From: a plasmid
Length of the DNA: 64,000 bases
Strand: one strand, 5' to 3'
Sequence record: NZ_CP020440.2
Made by a program: the position numbers and the translations under genes. The notes beneath the pieces are model-generated. The model saw nothing but the letters and a program-made list of their open reading frames with translations. It made no database searches and was not told the origin of the DNA. Shown here one piece after another: positions 30,541 to 44,360 of the stretch. The first letter of the stretch is position 1; every line of letters begins with the position of its first letter.

Positions 30541-30950
30541 TCCCCGGCCAGGATCGCCTGGAACCGTTCGCGGGCGCGGGCGGGCAGGTCGTCGGGCAGG
30601 ACCGGGGCCTCGGCCTCGCCCACCTCGATCAGCATGACCATGCCCATCGCGACATGGGGCGAGCACTTGATGCCATAGCTGCCCGGCCGGGTCAGCGTGA
30701 CCGAGAAATCCTCGTTGATCTTCGAGCGGAAGGGTTCGGCCCCCTCGGGGATCATGCCGTCGATGGTCGCGGCGTTGTGGCCGGGCTGGGTCGGCAGGAA
30801 CCGCACCGTGTCGCCCGGCGCGATGCGCAGGCGCTGGGGTTCATAGACCATCGGCCCCTGGTCGTTGCGGTTCAGCATGTGGACCTCGTGCACCTCGGCC
30901 AGGGCGGCGTGGGGCAGGATCAGCAGGGCGGCGGTCAGCAGGGTTTTCAT
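30537..30950 (-). CDS. Pseudoazurin (type-1 blue copper cupredoxin) with signal peptide; translationally coupled to btuD
   Basis: 137 aa MKTLLTAALLILPHAALAEVHEVHMLN...GDTVRFLPTQPGHNA...SKINEDFSVTLTRPGSYGIKCSPHVAMGMVMLIEVG, with Cu ligands His/Cys/His/Met in pseudoazurin spacing. Only 3 nt after the btuD stop, with an AAGGAA RBS inside the btuD 3' end. Confidence 0.8.
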   Translation of the reverse strand: MKTLLTAALLILPHAALAEVHEVHMLNRNDQGPMVYEPQRLRIAPGDTVRFLPTQPGHNAATIDGMIPEGAEPFRSKINEDFSVTLTRPGSYGIKCSPHVAMGMVMLIEVGEAEAPVLPDDLPARARERFQAILAGD

Positions 30951-30953
30951 GGC

Positions 30954-31721
30954 TTATTCCTTGAGACAATGAAAGCGCAGCAGCGTCGCCGCGTCGACCG
31001 GATCGGTCAGGCGGCGCGCGCCGACGCGGAAGGTTCCGGCAAGGCGGGCATCGTCCAGCACCGCAGCCGGGGGGCCGCTGGCGACCATCCGGCCGCCCGC
31101 CATCACCCCCAGCCGATCGCAGCCCATTGCCTGGTTCAGGTCGTGCAGCGCCACGATCACCGTCACCGGCAAGCCGGCGATCAGGCGCAGCAGCGACAGC
31201 TGGTGGTGGATGTCCAGATGGTTCGTCGGCTCGTCCAGCAGCAGCAGGCGGGGCCGCTGGGCAAGGGCGCGGGCGATGCTGATGCGCTGGCGTTCGCCCC
31301 CCGACAACGTGGCCCAGGGGGCGTCGGCCAGGGCCATCATCCCCACCGCCGCCAGCGCCTGTTCGACGATGGCCGCATCGGCATCCGAAAAGGGTGCCAG
31401 CGCCGACAGCCAGGGTGTGCGGCCCAGGGCCACCACCTCGCGCGCGCTCAGCGCCTCGGCGGTGTCGGCCTGCTGCTCGACCAGCGCCACGCGCTGCGCG
31501 ATCTGGCGCCGGGACAGCGAGGCCAGGGGCGCGCCGTCCAGCGCGACCTGCCCCAGGGCGCGCGGCAACAGGCCCGCGACCAGCCGAAGCAGCGTGGACT
31601 TGCCCGAGCCGTTCGGACCGACCAGGCCGAACGTCTCGCCCGCCGCGATCGACAGGCTGACGCCCTGGACGATGGCGCGGGGGCCGGCGCGCCAGCCCAG
31701 GTCGCGGGTCTCGACCCTCAT
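30954..31721 (-). CDS. btuD: ABC transporter ATP-binding protein, FecE/BtuD type (cobalamin/iron-siderophore family)
   Basis: Start MRVETRDLGW (CAT 31719-31721). Walker A GPNGSGKST and LSGGERQRISIARAL. Confidence 0.8.
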   Translation of the reverse strand: MRVETRDLGWRAGPRAIVQGVSLSIAAGETFGLVGPNGSGKSTLLRLVAGLLPRALGQVALDGAPLASLSRRQIAQRVALVEQQADTAEALSAREVVALGRTPWLSALAPFSDADAAIVEQALAAVGMMALADAPWATLSGGERQRISIARALAQRPRLLLLDEPTNHLDIHHQLSLLRLIAGLPVTVIVALHDLNQAMGCDRLGVMAGGRMVASGPPAAVLDDARLAGTFRVGARRLTDPVDAATLLRFHCLKE

Positions 31722-32758
31722 ACCCGCCTCCGGTTGCCGATCAGGATCAGGGCAAAGCCCGGCGCCCCGACCAGCGCGGTGACGACGCCGATGGGCACCA
31801 CCTGCCCCGGGATCAGCAGGCGCGAGGCGACATCCGCCGCGATCAGGAACACCGCCCCCGCCAGGGCCGAGGCCGGGACCAGCGCGCGGTGGCCCGGGCC
31901 CACCAGAAAGCGCATGGCATGGGGCACGACCAGCCCGACGAAGCCGATCGAGCCGACCAGGCTGACCATCACCGCCGTCATCAGCGTGGTCACGCCGATC
32001 AGCACCACCTGGACGCGCCGCACGGGCACCCCCAGCGCCGCCGCCGACTGCGCGCCAAAGGCAAAGGCGTCCATCGCCCGCGCGTGCCACAGGCAGGCCA
32101 GATAGCCCAGCAGCGCCGCGGGGACCGCCAGCGTCACGTCGGGCCAGCGCACGCCCGACAGGTTGCCCAGAAGCCAGAACATGATGCCGCGCGCCTGTTC
32201 GGCATTCGCTGAACGCGCGATGAAGAACGAGGTCAGCGCATTGAACAGCTGCGATCCCGCGATGCCCGCCAGGACCAGCTGCGCGGGTCCGCCCCCCGCC
32301 GCCCGGGCCAGCGCCGCGACCAGGCCAAAGGCCAGTCCCGCCCCGGCAAAGGCGCCCATCGACAGGCCGATCAGCCCGCCGCCCAGGCCCATGATCGTGA
32401 CCGCGACCGCCCCGGTCCCCGCCCCAGCGGAAACGCCCAGCAGATAGGGATCGGCCAGCGCGTTCCTGACCAGCGACTGCAGGACGACGCCCGCCAGCGC
32501 CAGCCCCGCTCCGCACCCCGCCGCGACCAGCGTGCGGGGCAGGCGATAGTTCCACAGGATGCCGGCCTCGATCGGGTCGACCGCGTGGGTCCCCAGGCCC
32601 AGCCGGTCGGCCAGCACCGCCAGCACGGTCAGGGGCGAGACCGGGGTTTCCCCGATCGCGACCCCGGCCAGCACGGCCAGCGCCAGCAGGGCCCCGCCAA
32701 GCGCCCCCCGCCGCAGCAGGACGGGCGCGCGCGGGGCCGGGGCTGCGGCCTCGGTCAT
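31718..32758 (-). CDS. btuC: ABC transporter permease, FecCD/BtuC family
   Basis: 346 aa polytopic membrane protein of the FecCD family. Stop overlaps the btuD start. Confidence 0.8.
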   Translation of the reverse strand: MTEAAAPAPRAPVLLRRGALGGALLALAVLAGVAIGETPVSPLTVLAVLADRLGLGTHAVDPIEAGILWNYRLPRTLVAAGCGAGLALAGVVLQSLVRNALADPYLLGVSAGAGTGAVAVTIMGLGGGLIGLSMGAFAGAGLAFGLVAALARAAGGGPAQLVLAGIAGSQLFNALTSFFIARSANAEQARGIMFWLLGNLSGVRWPDVTLAVPAALLGYLACLWHARAMDAFAFGAQSAAALGVPVRRVQVVLIGVTTLMTAVMVSLVGSIGFVGLVVPHAMRFLVGPGHRALVPASALAGAVFLIAADVASRLLIPGQVVPIGVVTALVGAPGFALILIGNRRRV

Positions 32759-33775
32759 TTCAGGCCAAGGCCGGGCAAGGCCTCGGCCAGGGTCTCAAGC
32801 GCCGCGACGTTGCGGATCGAGGGGTCCATCGAATGGGCGTCCAGCACGATGATGCGGTCGTTCCTGACCGCGTCCACCTGGCTGGCCACCGGGTCCGATT
32901 TCAGGAAGGCGAGCTTCTTTTCCACGTCGTCCGCCTCGAACCGGCGGCGGTCCATGCGCGCCACCACGATGACCGAAGGGTTGGCGCGGGCGATGCTTTC
33001 CCAGCTGACGGTCGGCCATTCCTCGTCGCTTTCGACCACGTTGCTCAGGCCAAGCGCCTGCATCATGGAGCCGGGCGGCCCCTTGCGCCCCGCCACATAG
33101 GGGTCGATGTCCATCTCGGCCGAGGAAAACCAGAACACCGCCGAGGCATCCTTGAGGTCAAGCGCCCGCGCCTTTTCGACGGCGGCGGCCTCGCGCGCCT
33201 TCAGGCTGTCGACCAGCGCCTCGCCCCGGTCAGACACGTCGAAGATCTGCGACAGTTCGCGCACGCCGGCATAGACGCTTTCCATCTCGAACATGGCGGT
33301 GCGCGTGCCGTCGGATCCGGTCGAATTGTCCTTGGCCCAGCAATCGGCCGGCAGGATATAGGTCGGGATGCCCAGGTCGTCGAACTGCTCGCGCGTGGCC
33401 ACGATCCCCTGCGGGCCGACGTGCCATTCGTATTGCACGGCGACCAGCCCGGGCCGCTTGGCGACCACGGCTTCGAAGGAAGGATCGTTGTCGGCCAGCC
33501 GCTCAATCCCGGCATTCACCGCCTCGTATTCGGGCAGGACCTTGGTGAACCAGACGGCGGTGCCGGTCACCTTGTCGGCCAGGTCCAGCGCATAGAGCAC
33601 CTCGGTCGCGGCCTGGCCCAGGCTGACCACGCTGTCGGGCGCCTGCTGGAAGGTCAGCGTGCGACCGCAGTTTTCAAGCTGCAGCGGATAGGCGGTTTCG
33701 GCCGCGGCGGGCAGCGCAAGACAGGTCGCGCCGAGCAGCGGGGCGAGAAAACGGGCAGACGTCATGGGTGATCTC
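32755..33775 (-). CDS. btuF: Periplasmic binding protein, BtuF/FecB cluster (vitamin B12 / siderophore type)
   Basis: Start MTSARFLAPLLGATCLALPAAA (signal peptide; CAT 33773-33775). PBP class III fold. Directly downstream of a cobalamin riboswitch. Confidence 0.7.
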
Positions 33776-33934
33776 CGGTCATGAGAGCGACCGGAGACAG
33801 GCGAACGGGAGGAGCAGCCCAGGACCAGGCGCGCGCCGGGGGCGGCGCGGTCTGACGGAAACGGGCGTGACGGGTCACGCCGGGGGCAAACATCATAGGA
33901 CACCTCCCCGGACACCCCGCCCGGGCCGCGTTGC

Positions 33935-34115
33935 ATTTGTGCCGGCAGGTCTCCTGACTGGCGGGTCGCGGGGTTGTCGCGTCCTTCCCATGACAAGCGC
34001 CACAGTGGATGCGTTGCGAAAACCCTAGCCGCCTACAGTTGCGGGGGCAGTTCCGGTTCGCCTTGCGGGGTCGGACCCCGGGCCGGCGGCGGATTCCCTT
34101 TCAATTCCTTTCGGA
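33935..34115 (-). ncRNA. Cobalamin riboswitch upstream of btuF-btuC-btuD-pseudoazurin
   Basis: The minus strand reads GAAAGGGAATCC...GGCGAACCGGAACTGCCCCCGCAACTGTAGG...CCACTGTGGCG...GGGAAGG...GCCAGTCAGGAGACCTGCCGGC. This is a textbook arrangement of B12-riboswitch conserved blocks. Confidence 0.85.
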
Positions 34116-34178
34116 AACCGACGCATCCAGATAGCCCGGGCCGCACCACCGGGCAAGCCCCTTGTCACCGCGCGCGCG

Positions 34179-34953
34179 TCAGGGCGGGCAAAGCCGCACC
34201 GTGGTCCCCCAGTCGGCGCAGCGGGCCGCAAGGGCGCGGGGCAGCGGCTGGTCGGTGAAGACGGTGTCGATTTCGGACAGGCTGGCGATGCGGGCGGGTG
34301 CGGGGCGGCCCAGCTTGGAATGGTCGGTGACCAGGAAGGCGCGCCGCGCCTGGCGCAGGATCGCGCGGCTGACGCGGACCTCGGCCAGGTCGAAATCCAG
34401 CAGGTCCCCGTCGATGTCCAGCGCCGAGGTGCCGATCACCGCATAATCGACCTTGAACTGTTCGAAGAACTGGGTGGTCAGTTCGCCCACCAGCCCGCCG
34501 TCCGAACGCCGCAGCGCGCCCCCCGCCACCATGATCTCGCAGCCCGGGTTCGCCAGCAGGATGTTCGCGACGTTCATGTTGTTCGTCACCACCGTCAGGT
34601 TCTGGTGGTGGACCAGAGCGCGGGCCACCGCCTCGGTCGTGGTGCCCAGGTTCAGGATCAGGCTGGAGTTGTCGGGGATCGTCGCGGCGCAGGCGGCGCC
34701 GATGGCGGCCTTGGCCTCGGCGTTCATGCGGCGGCGCGATTCGTAGCCCAGGTTCACGGCGCCCGCGCGCGGCACCGCGCCGCCATGCACCCGGTCCAGC
34801 AGCCCCGCCTCGGCCATCTCGCCCAGGTCGCGGCGGATGGTCTGCAACGTCACCTCGAACCGCTGGGCCAGATCCTCGACCAGCACGCGGCCCTCGGACC
34901 GGGCAAGGTCCAGGATCTCGTTCTGCCGGATGCTCAGGGCCATGCGCCGTCCT
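34179..34953 (-). CDS. glpR: DeoR/GlpR-family transcriptional repressor (glycerol-3-phosphate regulon)
   Basis: Start MALSIRQNEILDLARSEGRVLVEDLAQRFEVTLQTIRRDL (DeoR HTH; CAT 34951-34953) plus a C-terminal sugar-phosphate sensor domain. Divergent from glpD. Confidence 0.8.
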
Positions 34954-35014
34954 TTCCTGTCCGACCGTCGCGCATGTGCGCAAACCGGCCGATCCGCGCG
35001 GTCAGAGGCGCATG

Positions 35015-35055
35015 ATTGTTCGTTTTTCCGGATTTCGCAAGACAAACGAAAATAT
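35015..35055. promoter_or_regulatory. Candidate GlpR operator(s) in the glpR/glpD divergent region: TTGTTCGTTT ... AAACGAAAAT inverted half-sites
   Basis: Read directly: tgattgTTCGTTTttccggatttcgcaagacAAACGAAaat. The half-sites resemble the E. coli GlpR consensus TGTTCGTT/AACGAACA. AT-rich for this genome. Confidence 0.45.
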
Positions 35056-35118
35056 TCATTGACGACTGCGTGAGCGGCGATGCACCTTCGCCCCAAGGGC
35101 TGAGGCCGTGGAGGGGTT

Positions 35119-36711
35119 TTGGTGTCGACGCAGCCGGGGTCGGTCAGCGACCTGTTCATCCTTGGGGGCGGCATCAACGGCTGCGGCATCGCGCGGGACG
35201 CCGCCGGCCGGGGCCTGTCGGTCACGCTGGCCGAGATGGGGGACCTGGCGCAGGCCACCTCCAGCGCCTCGACCAAGCTGTTCCACGGCGGGCTGCGCTA
35301 TCTGGAGTTCTTCGAGTTCCGCTTGGTCCGCGAGGCCCTCGAGGAACGCGAGACGTTGCTGCGCGCCATGCCCCACATCAGCTGGCCCATGCGCTTTGTC
35401 CTGCCTTGGTCGCCCGAGATGCGCTTTGAAAGCGACACGCCCACCTCGCGCCTGCTGGGGCTGGTCATGCCCTGGATGCGCGGGCGTCGGCCGGCCTGGC
35501 TGATCCGGCTGGGGCTGTTTTTGTACGACCACATCGGCGGGCGGCGCATCCTGCCCGGCACGCGCCGGCTGGACCTGTCGACGGACCCGCTGGGCGCGCC
35601 GCTGAAGCCGTTCCGCCGCGCCTGGGAATATTCCGATTGCTGGGTGCAGGACGCCCGGCTGGTGGTGCTGAACGCCCGCGACGCCGAGGCGCGCGGCGCA
35701 ACCATCCTGCCCCGCACCCGGGTCACCCGCGCGACCCGCACGGACGGGCTGTGGCAGATCCGGACCGAGGGCGAGGACGGCCCCCGCACCCACCACGCCC
35801 GCGCGCTGGTCAATGCCGCCGGTCCCTGGGTGGCCGAGGTGATCCGCGACGTCGCGCATATCGGCTCGACCGAAAGCGTCCGCCTGGTGCGCGGCAGCCA
35901 TATCGTCGTGCCGCGCCTTTACGATCACGACCGCTGCTATTTCTTCCAGGGCAGCGACGGGCGGATCATCTTTGCCATCCCCTATGAACAGGACTTCACC
36001 CTGATCGGCACGACCGACGTGGACCACCACGGCGCGCCCGGCGACGCCCGCTGCACGCCTGATGAGCGCGACTACCTGTGCCGCTTCGCCAGCGCCTATT
36101 TCCGTGCGCCGGTCACGCCCGACCAGGTGGTCTGGACCTATTCCGGGGTGCGGCCGCTTTACAACGACGGCGCCAAGTCGGCGACGGCGGCGACGCGCGA
36201 CTATGTGCTGAGCCTGGACCCGGACGGCCCGCCGCTGCTGAACGTCTTTGGTGGCAAGATCACCACCTATCGCCGCCTGGCCGAAAGCGCGCTGGCGAAA
36301 CTGGGGCCGTTCTTTCCCAAGGCGGGCGGGCCCTGGACCGCCGGCGTCCCCTTGCCCGGCGGCGATTTCCCGGTCGATGGCGTCGAGGCGCTGCGGGCCG
36401 AGATCGCCGCCCGCTATCCCTTCCTGACCCCGCGCGAGGTGCGGCGCCTGCTGCGCACCCACGGGACGGAAACCTTCGCCGTCCTGGGCACGGCGCAGGC
36501 GCGCGAGGACCTGGGCCGGGACTTCGGCGCCGGCCTGTCCGAGGCCGAGGTGCGCTGGTTCCTGGATCGCGAATTCGCCCGGACGGCAGAGGACGTCCTG
36601 TGGCGGCGCACCAAGCTGGGCCTGCACATGACCCCGGCCCAGATCGCGGCGCTGGGGGAGTGGCTGGGCGAAACGGCCCCCTCCGCCGCGGCGCAGGGGG
36701 GCCATCCATGA
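35119..36711 (+). CDS. glpD: Glycerol-3-phosphate dehydrogenase (FAD-dependent) GlpD
   Basis: 530 aa. N-terminal FAD fold DLFILGGGINGCGIARDAAGRG. Likely TTG/GTG start at 35119/35122. Confidence 0.9.
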   Translation: MVSTQPGSVSDLFILGGGINGCGIARDAAGRGLSVTLAEMGDLAQATSSASTKLFHGGLRYLEFFEFRLVREALEERETLLRAMPHISWPMRFVLPWSPEMRFESDTPTSRLLGLVMPWMRGRRPAWLIRLGLFLYDHIGGRRILPGTRRLDLSTDPLGAPLKPFRRAWEYSDCWVQDARLVVLNARDAEARGATILPRTRVTRATRTDGLWQIRTEGEDGPRTHHARALVNAAGPWVAEVIRDVAHIGSTESVRLVRGSHIVVPRLYDHDRCYFFQGSDGRIIFAIPYEQDFTLIGTTDVDHHGAPGDARCTPDERDYLCRFASAYFRAPVTPDQVVWTYSGVRPLYNDGAKSATAATRDYVLSLDPDGPPLLNVFGGKITTYRRLAESALAKLGPFFPKAGGPWTAGVPLPGGDFPVDGVEALRAEIAARYPFLTPREVRRLLRTHGTETFAVLGTAQAREDLGRDFGAGLSEAEVRWFLDREFARTAEDVLWRRTKLGLHMTPAQIAALGEWLGETAPSAAAQGGHP

Positions 36712-37790
36712 CGCTGGAGCTGCAAGGTGTGTCCCGATCGGTCGAAGGCCGGGTCCATATCCATCCCACGGAGCTGGTGTTTCGGGGCGGCACGATGAAC
36801 GTGCTGCTGGGCCCGACGCTTGCCGGCAAGACCAGCCTGATGCGGCTGATGGTCGGGCTGGACCAGCCGACCACCGGCCGCATCCTGTGGGACGGCGCGG
36901 ACGTGACCGGCCAGCGCGTGCAGGATCGCGGTGTCGCCATGGTCTATCAGCAGTTCATCAACTATCCCGGCCTGACGGTCTACGAAAACATCGCCTCGCC
37001 CCTGCGCATCCTGCGTCGGCCCCGGGCCGAGATCGACGCCCGCGTGCGCGAGATCGCCGCCATGCTGCGCCTGACCCCGATGCTGGACCGCCGCCCGCTG
37101 GACCTGTCGGGCGGCCAGCAGCAGCGCTGCGCGCTGGCCCGCGCGCTGGTCAAGGGGGCGGGGCTGGTGGTGCTGGACGAGCCGCTGGCGAACCTCGACT
37201 ACAAGCTGCGCGAGGAATTGCGCGTCGAAATCCCCCGCATCTTCGAGGCATCGGGCGCGATCTTCGTCTATGCCACCACCGAACCCGAGGAGGCGCTGCT
37301 GCTGGGCGGCAATACCGCGACCCTTTGGGAAGGCCGCGTGACCCAGTTCGGGCCGACGCCGCAGGTCTATCGCCAGCCGCAGGACGCGATCACCGCGCGG
37401 GTGTTTTCCGACCCGCCGATGAACTTCGCCCCGGCCGAACGCCGGGGCGGGCGGCTGGTGCTGGGCCAGGGCGTCGCCGCCCCCACGGCGGCCGGGGACC
37501 TGGCCGACGGCACCTATCTGGCGGGCTTTCGGGCCAATCACCTGTCGATCGCGCGCCCTTCCCCGGCGGCGCTGGAGTTCCCCTGCGAGGTTGTCGTGAC
37601 CGAAATCACCGGATCGCAAAGCTTCCTGCACGTCACCCATGGCCCGGAACGCTGGGTGGCGCTGGTCGAGGGCGTCCACGACCTGGCCCCCGGAACCGCC
37701 CTGCCGCTGTGGCTGGATCCCGGCCATGTCTATCTGTTCGACGGCGACGGGCGGCTGGCCGCCTCGGCCCGCCATGCGCGGGCGGCCTGA
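36708..37790 (+). CDS. glpS: ABC transporter ATP-binding protein (MalK/UgpC-like; first of two, glycerol ABC system)
   Basis: Start MTLELQGVSRS (ATG 36708). Walker A GPTLAGKTS and LSGGQQQRCALARAL, plus a C-terminal TOBE-like domain. Symbol by analogy to the Rhizobium leguminosarum glp locus, from memory. Confidence 0.7.
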   Translation: MTLELQGVSRSVEGRVHIHPTELVFRGGTMNVLLGPTLAGKTSLMRLMVGLDQPTTGRILWDGADVTGQRVQDRGVAMVYQQFINYPGLTVYENIASPLRILRRPRAEIDARVREIAAMLRLTPMLDRRPLDLSGGQQQRCALARALVKGAGLVVLDEPLANLDYKLREELRVEIPRIFEASGAIFVYATTEPEEALLLGGNTATLWEGRVTQFGPTPQVYRQPQDAITARVFSDPPMNFAPAERRGGRLVLGQGVAAPTAAGDLADGTYLAGFRANHLSIARPSPAALEFPCEVVVTEITGSQSFLHVTHGPERWVALVEGVHDLAPGTALPLWLDPGHVYLFDGDGRLAASARHARAA

Positions 37791-37791
37791 C

Positions 37792-40557
<2,766 letters not shown>

Positions 40558-40558
<1 letters not shown>

Positions 40559-40974
40559 TGGCCGGCCCCGCCGCCCGCCCCGCCCGCTGGCCCGCGATCT
40601 ATGCGCTGGCCGTCCTGATCCTGGGCGCCGCGCTGGCCTTTCTGGTCTGGGCCACACCCGTCCGGGACGGCGCCCGCGACTGGACCGCGCCGATGATCCC
40701 GGGCGGCTGGATGGCCTGGACATTCCCGGTCGCGGCCTTCTTCTGGACCATCGCCAGCCTTCTGGTGCTGTTCACCATACTGGCGATCCGTTTTCCCGAA
40801 ACCCCGCGGCGCGGCATCCTGCGGACGCTGACGACGCGGGGCGACCGGCTGTTCATCACGCTGCTCGGCTCGGCCTTCATCTGCCTGGGCTGGCTGTTCT
40901 TTGCCGGGCCGCCGCTGTGGTGGGCGCTCGGCCTGTGCCTTGTCTATGCCGCAGCGGTGTTCCGCTGGGTCTGA
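40558..40974 (+). CDS. Small integral membrane protein (DUF2160-like) embedded in the glycerol ABC operon
   Basis: Start MAGPAARPARWPAIYALAVLILGAALAFLVW (ATG 40558 overlapping the upstream stop). About 138 aa with 3-4 TM segments. Confidence 0.6.
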
Positions 40975-41031
40975 AATACCCGCCGCAGAGGGGGCGGCGG
41001 GAACGCAGGACGTCTCATCAGGGAGGATGAC

Positions 41032-42753
41032 ATGAGACCGACACGAACGACCACCGCCATCGCGCTGGCGCTGATGGTGACGGGGGCCCCGGCCTGGGCC
41101 GACATGGAGGCCGCCAAGGCATTCCTGGACGCCGAGATCGGGGATCTGTCCACCCTGTCCCGCGCCGACCAGGAAAAGGAGATGCAGTGGTTCATCGACG
41201 CCGCCAAGCCCCTGGCCGGGATGGAGATCAAGGTGGTGTCCGAGACGATCACCACCCATGAATACGAATCCAAGGTCCTGGCCCCGGCCTTCAGCGCCAT
41301 CACCGGCATCAAGGTCACCCACGACCTGATCGGCGAAGGCGACGTCGTCGAAAAGCTGCAGACCCAGATGCAGACCGGCGAGAACATCTATGACGGCTAT
41401 ATCAACGACAGCGACCTGATCGGCACGCACTGGCGCTATCAGCAAGCCCGCGACCTGACCAAGTGGATGGCCGAGGAGGGCAAGGCCTTTACCAGCCCGA
41501 CGCTGGACCTGCCCGATTTCATCGGGCTGAAGTTCACCACTGCGCCCGACGGCGACCTGTATCAGCTGCCCGACCAGCAGTTCGCGAACCTCTACTGGTT
41601 CCGCTACGACTGGTTCAACGACCAGAAGACCAAGGACGACTTCAAGGCCAAGTACGGCTATGACCTGGGCGTCCCGGTGAACTGGTCCGCCTATGAGGAC
41701 ATCGCCGAATTCTTCACCGGCCGCGACATGTCCTATATCGAGGGCGGCCCCGCCAAGGCCTGGGGCAACATGGACTATGGCAAGAAGGACCCCAGCCTTG
41801 GCTGGCGCTATACCGATGCCTGGATGTCCATGGCCGGCATGGGCGACAAGGGCGAGCCGAACGGGCTCCCGGTCGACGAATGGGGCATCCGCGTCGACGA
41901 GAACTCGCGTCCCGTGGGATCCTGCGTCGCGCGCGGCGGCGCGACGAACGACGCCGCCGCCGTCTACGCGGTGACCAAGGCGATCGACTGGCTCAAGAAA
42001 TACACCCCGCCCGAAGCCCAGGGCATGACCTTCAGCGAGGCGGGGCCGGTTCCCGCGCGCGGCGACATCGCCCAGCAGATGTTCTGGTACACCGCCTTTA
42101 CCGCCGACATGGTCAAGGAAGGCACGCCGGTGATGAACGCGGACGGCACGCCGAAATGGCGCATGGCGCCCAGCCCGCACGGCGCCTACTGGTCCGAAGG
42201 CACCAAGATCGGCTATCAGGACGTGGGATCCTGGACGCTGATGAAATCCACGCCCGTGGACCGCGCGCAGGCCGCCTGGCTTTACGCGCAGTTCGTGACC
42301 TCGAAGACCGTGGACGTGAAGAAATCCCACGTCGGGCTGACCTTCATCCGCGACAGCACCATCCACGACAAGTCCTTCACCGAGCGCGCGCCCAAGCTGG
42401 GGGGCCTGATCGAGTTCTATCGCTCGCCCGCGCGCACCCAATGGTCGCCGACCGGGACCAATATCCCGGACTATCCCAAGCTCGCGCAGCTGTGGTGGCA
42501 GAACATCGGCGATGCCATGTCGGGCGCCAAGACCCCGCAAGAGGCGCTGGACAGCCTGTGCGCCGAACAGGAACGCGTGCTGGAACGGCTGGAACGCGCC
42601 GGCGTGCAGGGCGACCTTGGCCCCAAGATGAACGAGGAAAAGGACCCGCAGGAATGGCTGGACGCCCCCGGCGCGCCCGTCGCCAAGCTGGACAACGAAA
42701 AGCCCAAGGGCGAAACAGTGTCCTATGACGAGTTGATCAAGTCCTGGCAGTAA
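41032..42753 (+). CDS. glpV: ABC transporter periplasmic substrate-binding protein (glycerol-binding type)
   Basis: 573 aa with signal peptide ([23 protein letters not shown]). Large SBP located between the permeases and glpK. Confidence 0.7.
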   Translation: MRPTRTTTAIALALMVTGAPAWADMEAAKAFLDAEIGDLSTLSRADQEKEMQWFIDAAKPLAGMEIKVVSETITTHEYESKVLAPAFSAITGIKVTHDLIGEGDVVEKLQTQMQTGENIYDGYINDSDLIGTHWRYQQARDLTKWMAEEGKAFTSPTLDLPDFIGLKFTTAPDGDLYQLPDQQFANLYWFRYDWFNDQKTKDDFKAKYGYDLGVPVNWSAYEDIAEFFTGRDMSYIEGGPAKAWGNMDYGKKDPSLGWRYTDAWMSMAGMGDKGEPNGLPVDEWGIRVDENSRPVGSCVARGGATNDAAAVYAVTKAIDWLKKYTPPEAQGMTFSEAGPVPARGDIAQQMFWYTAFTADMVKEGTPVMNADGTPKWRMAPSPHGAYWSEGTKIGYQDVGSWTLMKSTPVDRAQAAWLYAQFVTSKTVDVKKSHVGLTFIRDSTIHDKSFTERAPKLGGLIEFYRSPARTQWSPTGTNIPDYPKLAQLWWQNIGDAMSGAKTPQEALDSLCAEQERVLERLERAGVQGDLGPKMNEEKDPQEWLDAPGAPVAKLDNEKPKGETVSYDELIKSWQ

Positions 42754-42805
42754 CACCAAAGGGGGCGGGGCGCCTGTCCCGCCCCCAGGCGACGGCGGAG
42801 CGTTC

Positions 42806-44299
42806 ATGTCCCATATCCTTTCCATCGACCAGGGAACCAGTTCCTCGCGCGCGATCGTCTTCGATGCCGCGCTGCGGGTGGTGTCCGTGGCGCAGGCCGA
42901 ATTTCCCCAGCACTTCCCGCAGCCCGGCTGGGTCGAACACGACCCCGGCGACCTGTGGGCCACGGTCGCGGCGACCGCGCGCTCGGCCATCGAACGGGCC
43001 GGCGCGCCCCGGATCGCGGCCATCGGCATCACCAACCAGCGCGAAACGACGCTGCTGTGGGACCGCGCGACAGGCAGGCCGCTGCACCGCGCCATCGTCT
43101 GGCAGGACCGCCGCACCGCCGACCTGTGCGAAGCGCTGGCCCCGCATCAGGCGCTGATCCGCGACCGCACGGGGCTGCTGCTCGACCCCTATTTCTCGGG
43201 GACCAAGCTGAAATGGCTGCTGGATCATGTCGAGGGCGCCCGCGCGCGGGCCCGGGCAGGCGAGTTGGCCTTCGGCACCGTGGACAGCTGGCTGATCTGG
43301 AACCTGACCGGCGGCAAGGCCCATGTGACCGACGCCACAAACGCCGCGCGGACGCTGCTTTACGACATCGGCGCGAATCGCTGGGACGAGGAAATCTGCG
43401 CCCTGCTGGACATCCCCATGGCGCTGCTGCCCGAGGTGCGCGATTGCGCGGCCGACTTCGGCACGACGCGGCCCGACCTGTTCGGCGGCTGCATCCCGAT
43501 CCTGGGCGTCGCGGGCGACCAGCAGGCCGCGACCGTGGGGCAGGCCTGCTTCCAGCCCGGCATGATGAAATCGACCTATGGCACGGGCTGTTTCGCGCTG
43601 CTGAACACCGGGGCGGAACGCGTGGCCTCGCAGAACCGGCTGCTGACCACGATCGCCTATCGGCTGGGGGGACGGACGACCTATGCGCTGGAAGGCTCGA
43701 TCTTTGTCGCGGGCGCGGTGGTGCAATGGCTGCGCGACGGGCTGAAGATCATCCGCCAGGCGGCCGAGACCCAGCCCCTGGCCGAGGCCGCCGATCCGGC
43801 CCAGCAGGTGGTGATGGTCCCCGCCTTCACCGGGCTTGGCGCGCCCTATTGGCGGCCCGAGTGCCGGGGCGCGATCTTTGGCCTGACGCGCAATTCGGGG
43901 CCTGCGGAACTGGCGCGCGCGGCCCTGGAAAGCGTGGGATACCAGACCCGCGACCTGTGGCAGGCCATGCAGGCCGATTGGCCCGGCGCGGGCCAGGCGG
44001 TGCTGCGCGTGGACGGCGGGCTTGCCGCCAGCGACTGGTCGATGCAGTTCCTGGCCGACATCCTGGGCGCGCCCGTGGATCGGCCGAAGGTGACCGAGAC
44101 GACGGCCCTTGGCGCCGCCTATCTGGCGGGGCTGCAAGCCGGCCTCTGTCCCGAGCCGGCCGAGTTTGCCGGACAATGGGCGCTGGATCGCCGGTTCGAG
44201 CCTCAGATGGACGAAGCCGAGCGCGCCAGGCGCTACCAGGGCTGGCAACGCGCCGTGCGCGCCACCATCGCCGCCGCCCCGGACGGCGCTGCCTCCTGA
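42806..44299 (+). CDS. glpK: Glycerol kinase
   Basis: 497 aa [20 protein letters not shown]...GITNQRETT..., the FGGY kinase family with GlpK signatures. Confidence 0.95.
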   Translation: MSHILSIDQGTSSSRAIVFDAALRVVSVAQAEFPQHFPQPGWVEHDPGDLWATVAATARSAIERAGAPRIAAIGITNQRETTLLWDRATGRPLHRAIVWQDRRTADLCEALAPHQALIRDRTGLLLDPYFSGTKLKWLLDHVEGARARARAGELAFGTVDSWLIWNLTGGKAHVTDATNAARTLLYDIGANRWDEEICALLDIPMALLPEVRDCAADFGTTRPDLFGGCIPILGVAGDQQAATVGQACFQPGMMKSTYGTGCFALLNTGAERVASQNRLLTTIAYRLGGRTTYALEGSIFVAGAVVQWLRDGLKIIRQAAETQPLAEAADPAQQVVMVPAFTGLGAPYWRPECRGAIFGLTRNSGPAELARAALESVGYQTRDLWQAMQADWPGAGQAVLRVDGGLAASDWSMQFLADILGAPVDRPKVTETTALGAAYLAGLQAGLCPEPAEFAGQWALDRRFEPQMDEAERARRYQGWQRAVRATIAAAPDGAAS

Positions 44300-44307
44300 G
44301 CCCATGA

Positions 44308-44334
44308 AAAAGGGCGGCACCCGGCCGCCCCTTT
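44308..44334. terminator. Bidirectional intrinsic-terminator-like hairpin between convergent glpK and the DUF2076 gene
   Basis: AAAAAGGGCGGCacccgGCCGCCCCTTTCCC is a GC-rich 10-bp stem with an A-tract on one side and a T-rich tract on the other. Confidence 0.6.
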
Positions 44335-44360
44335 CCCGATCCTGCCTTCGGGGCGCGAAC

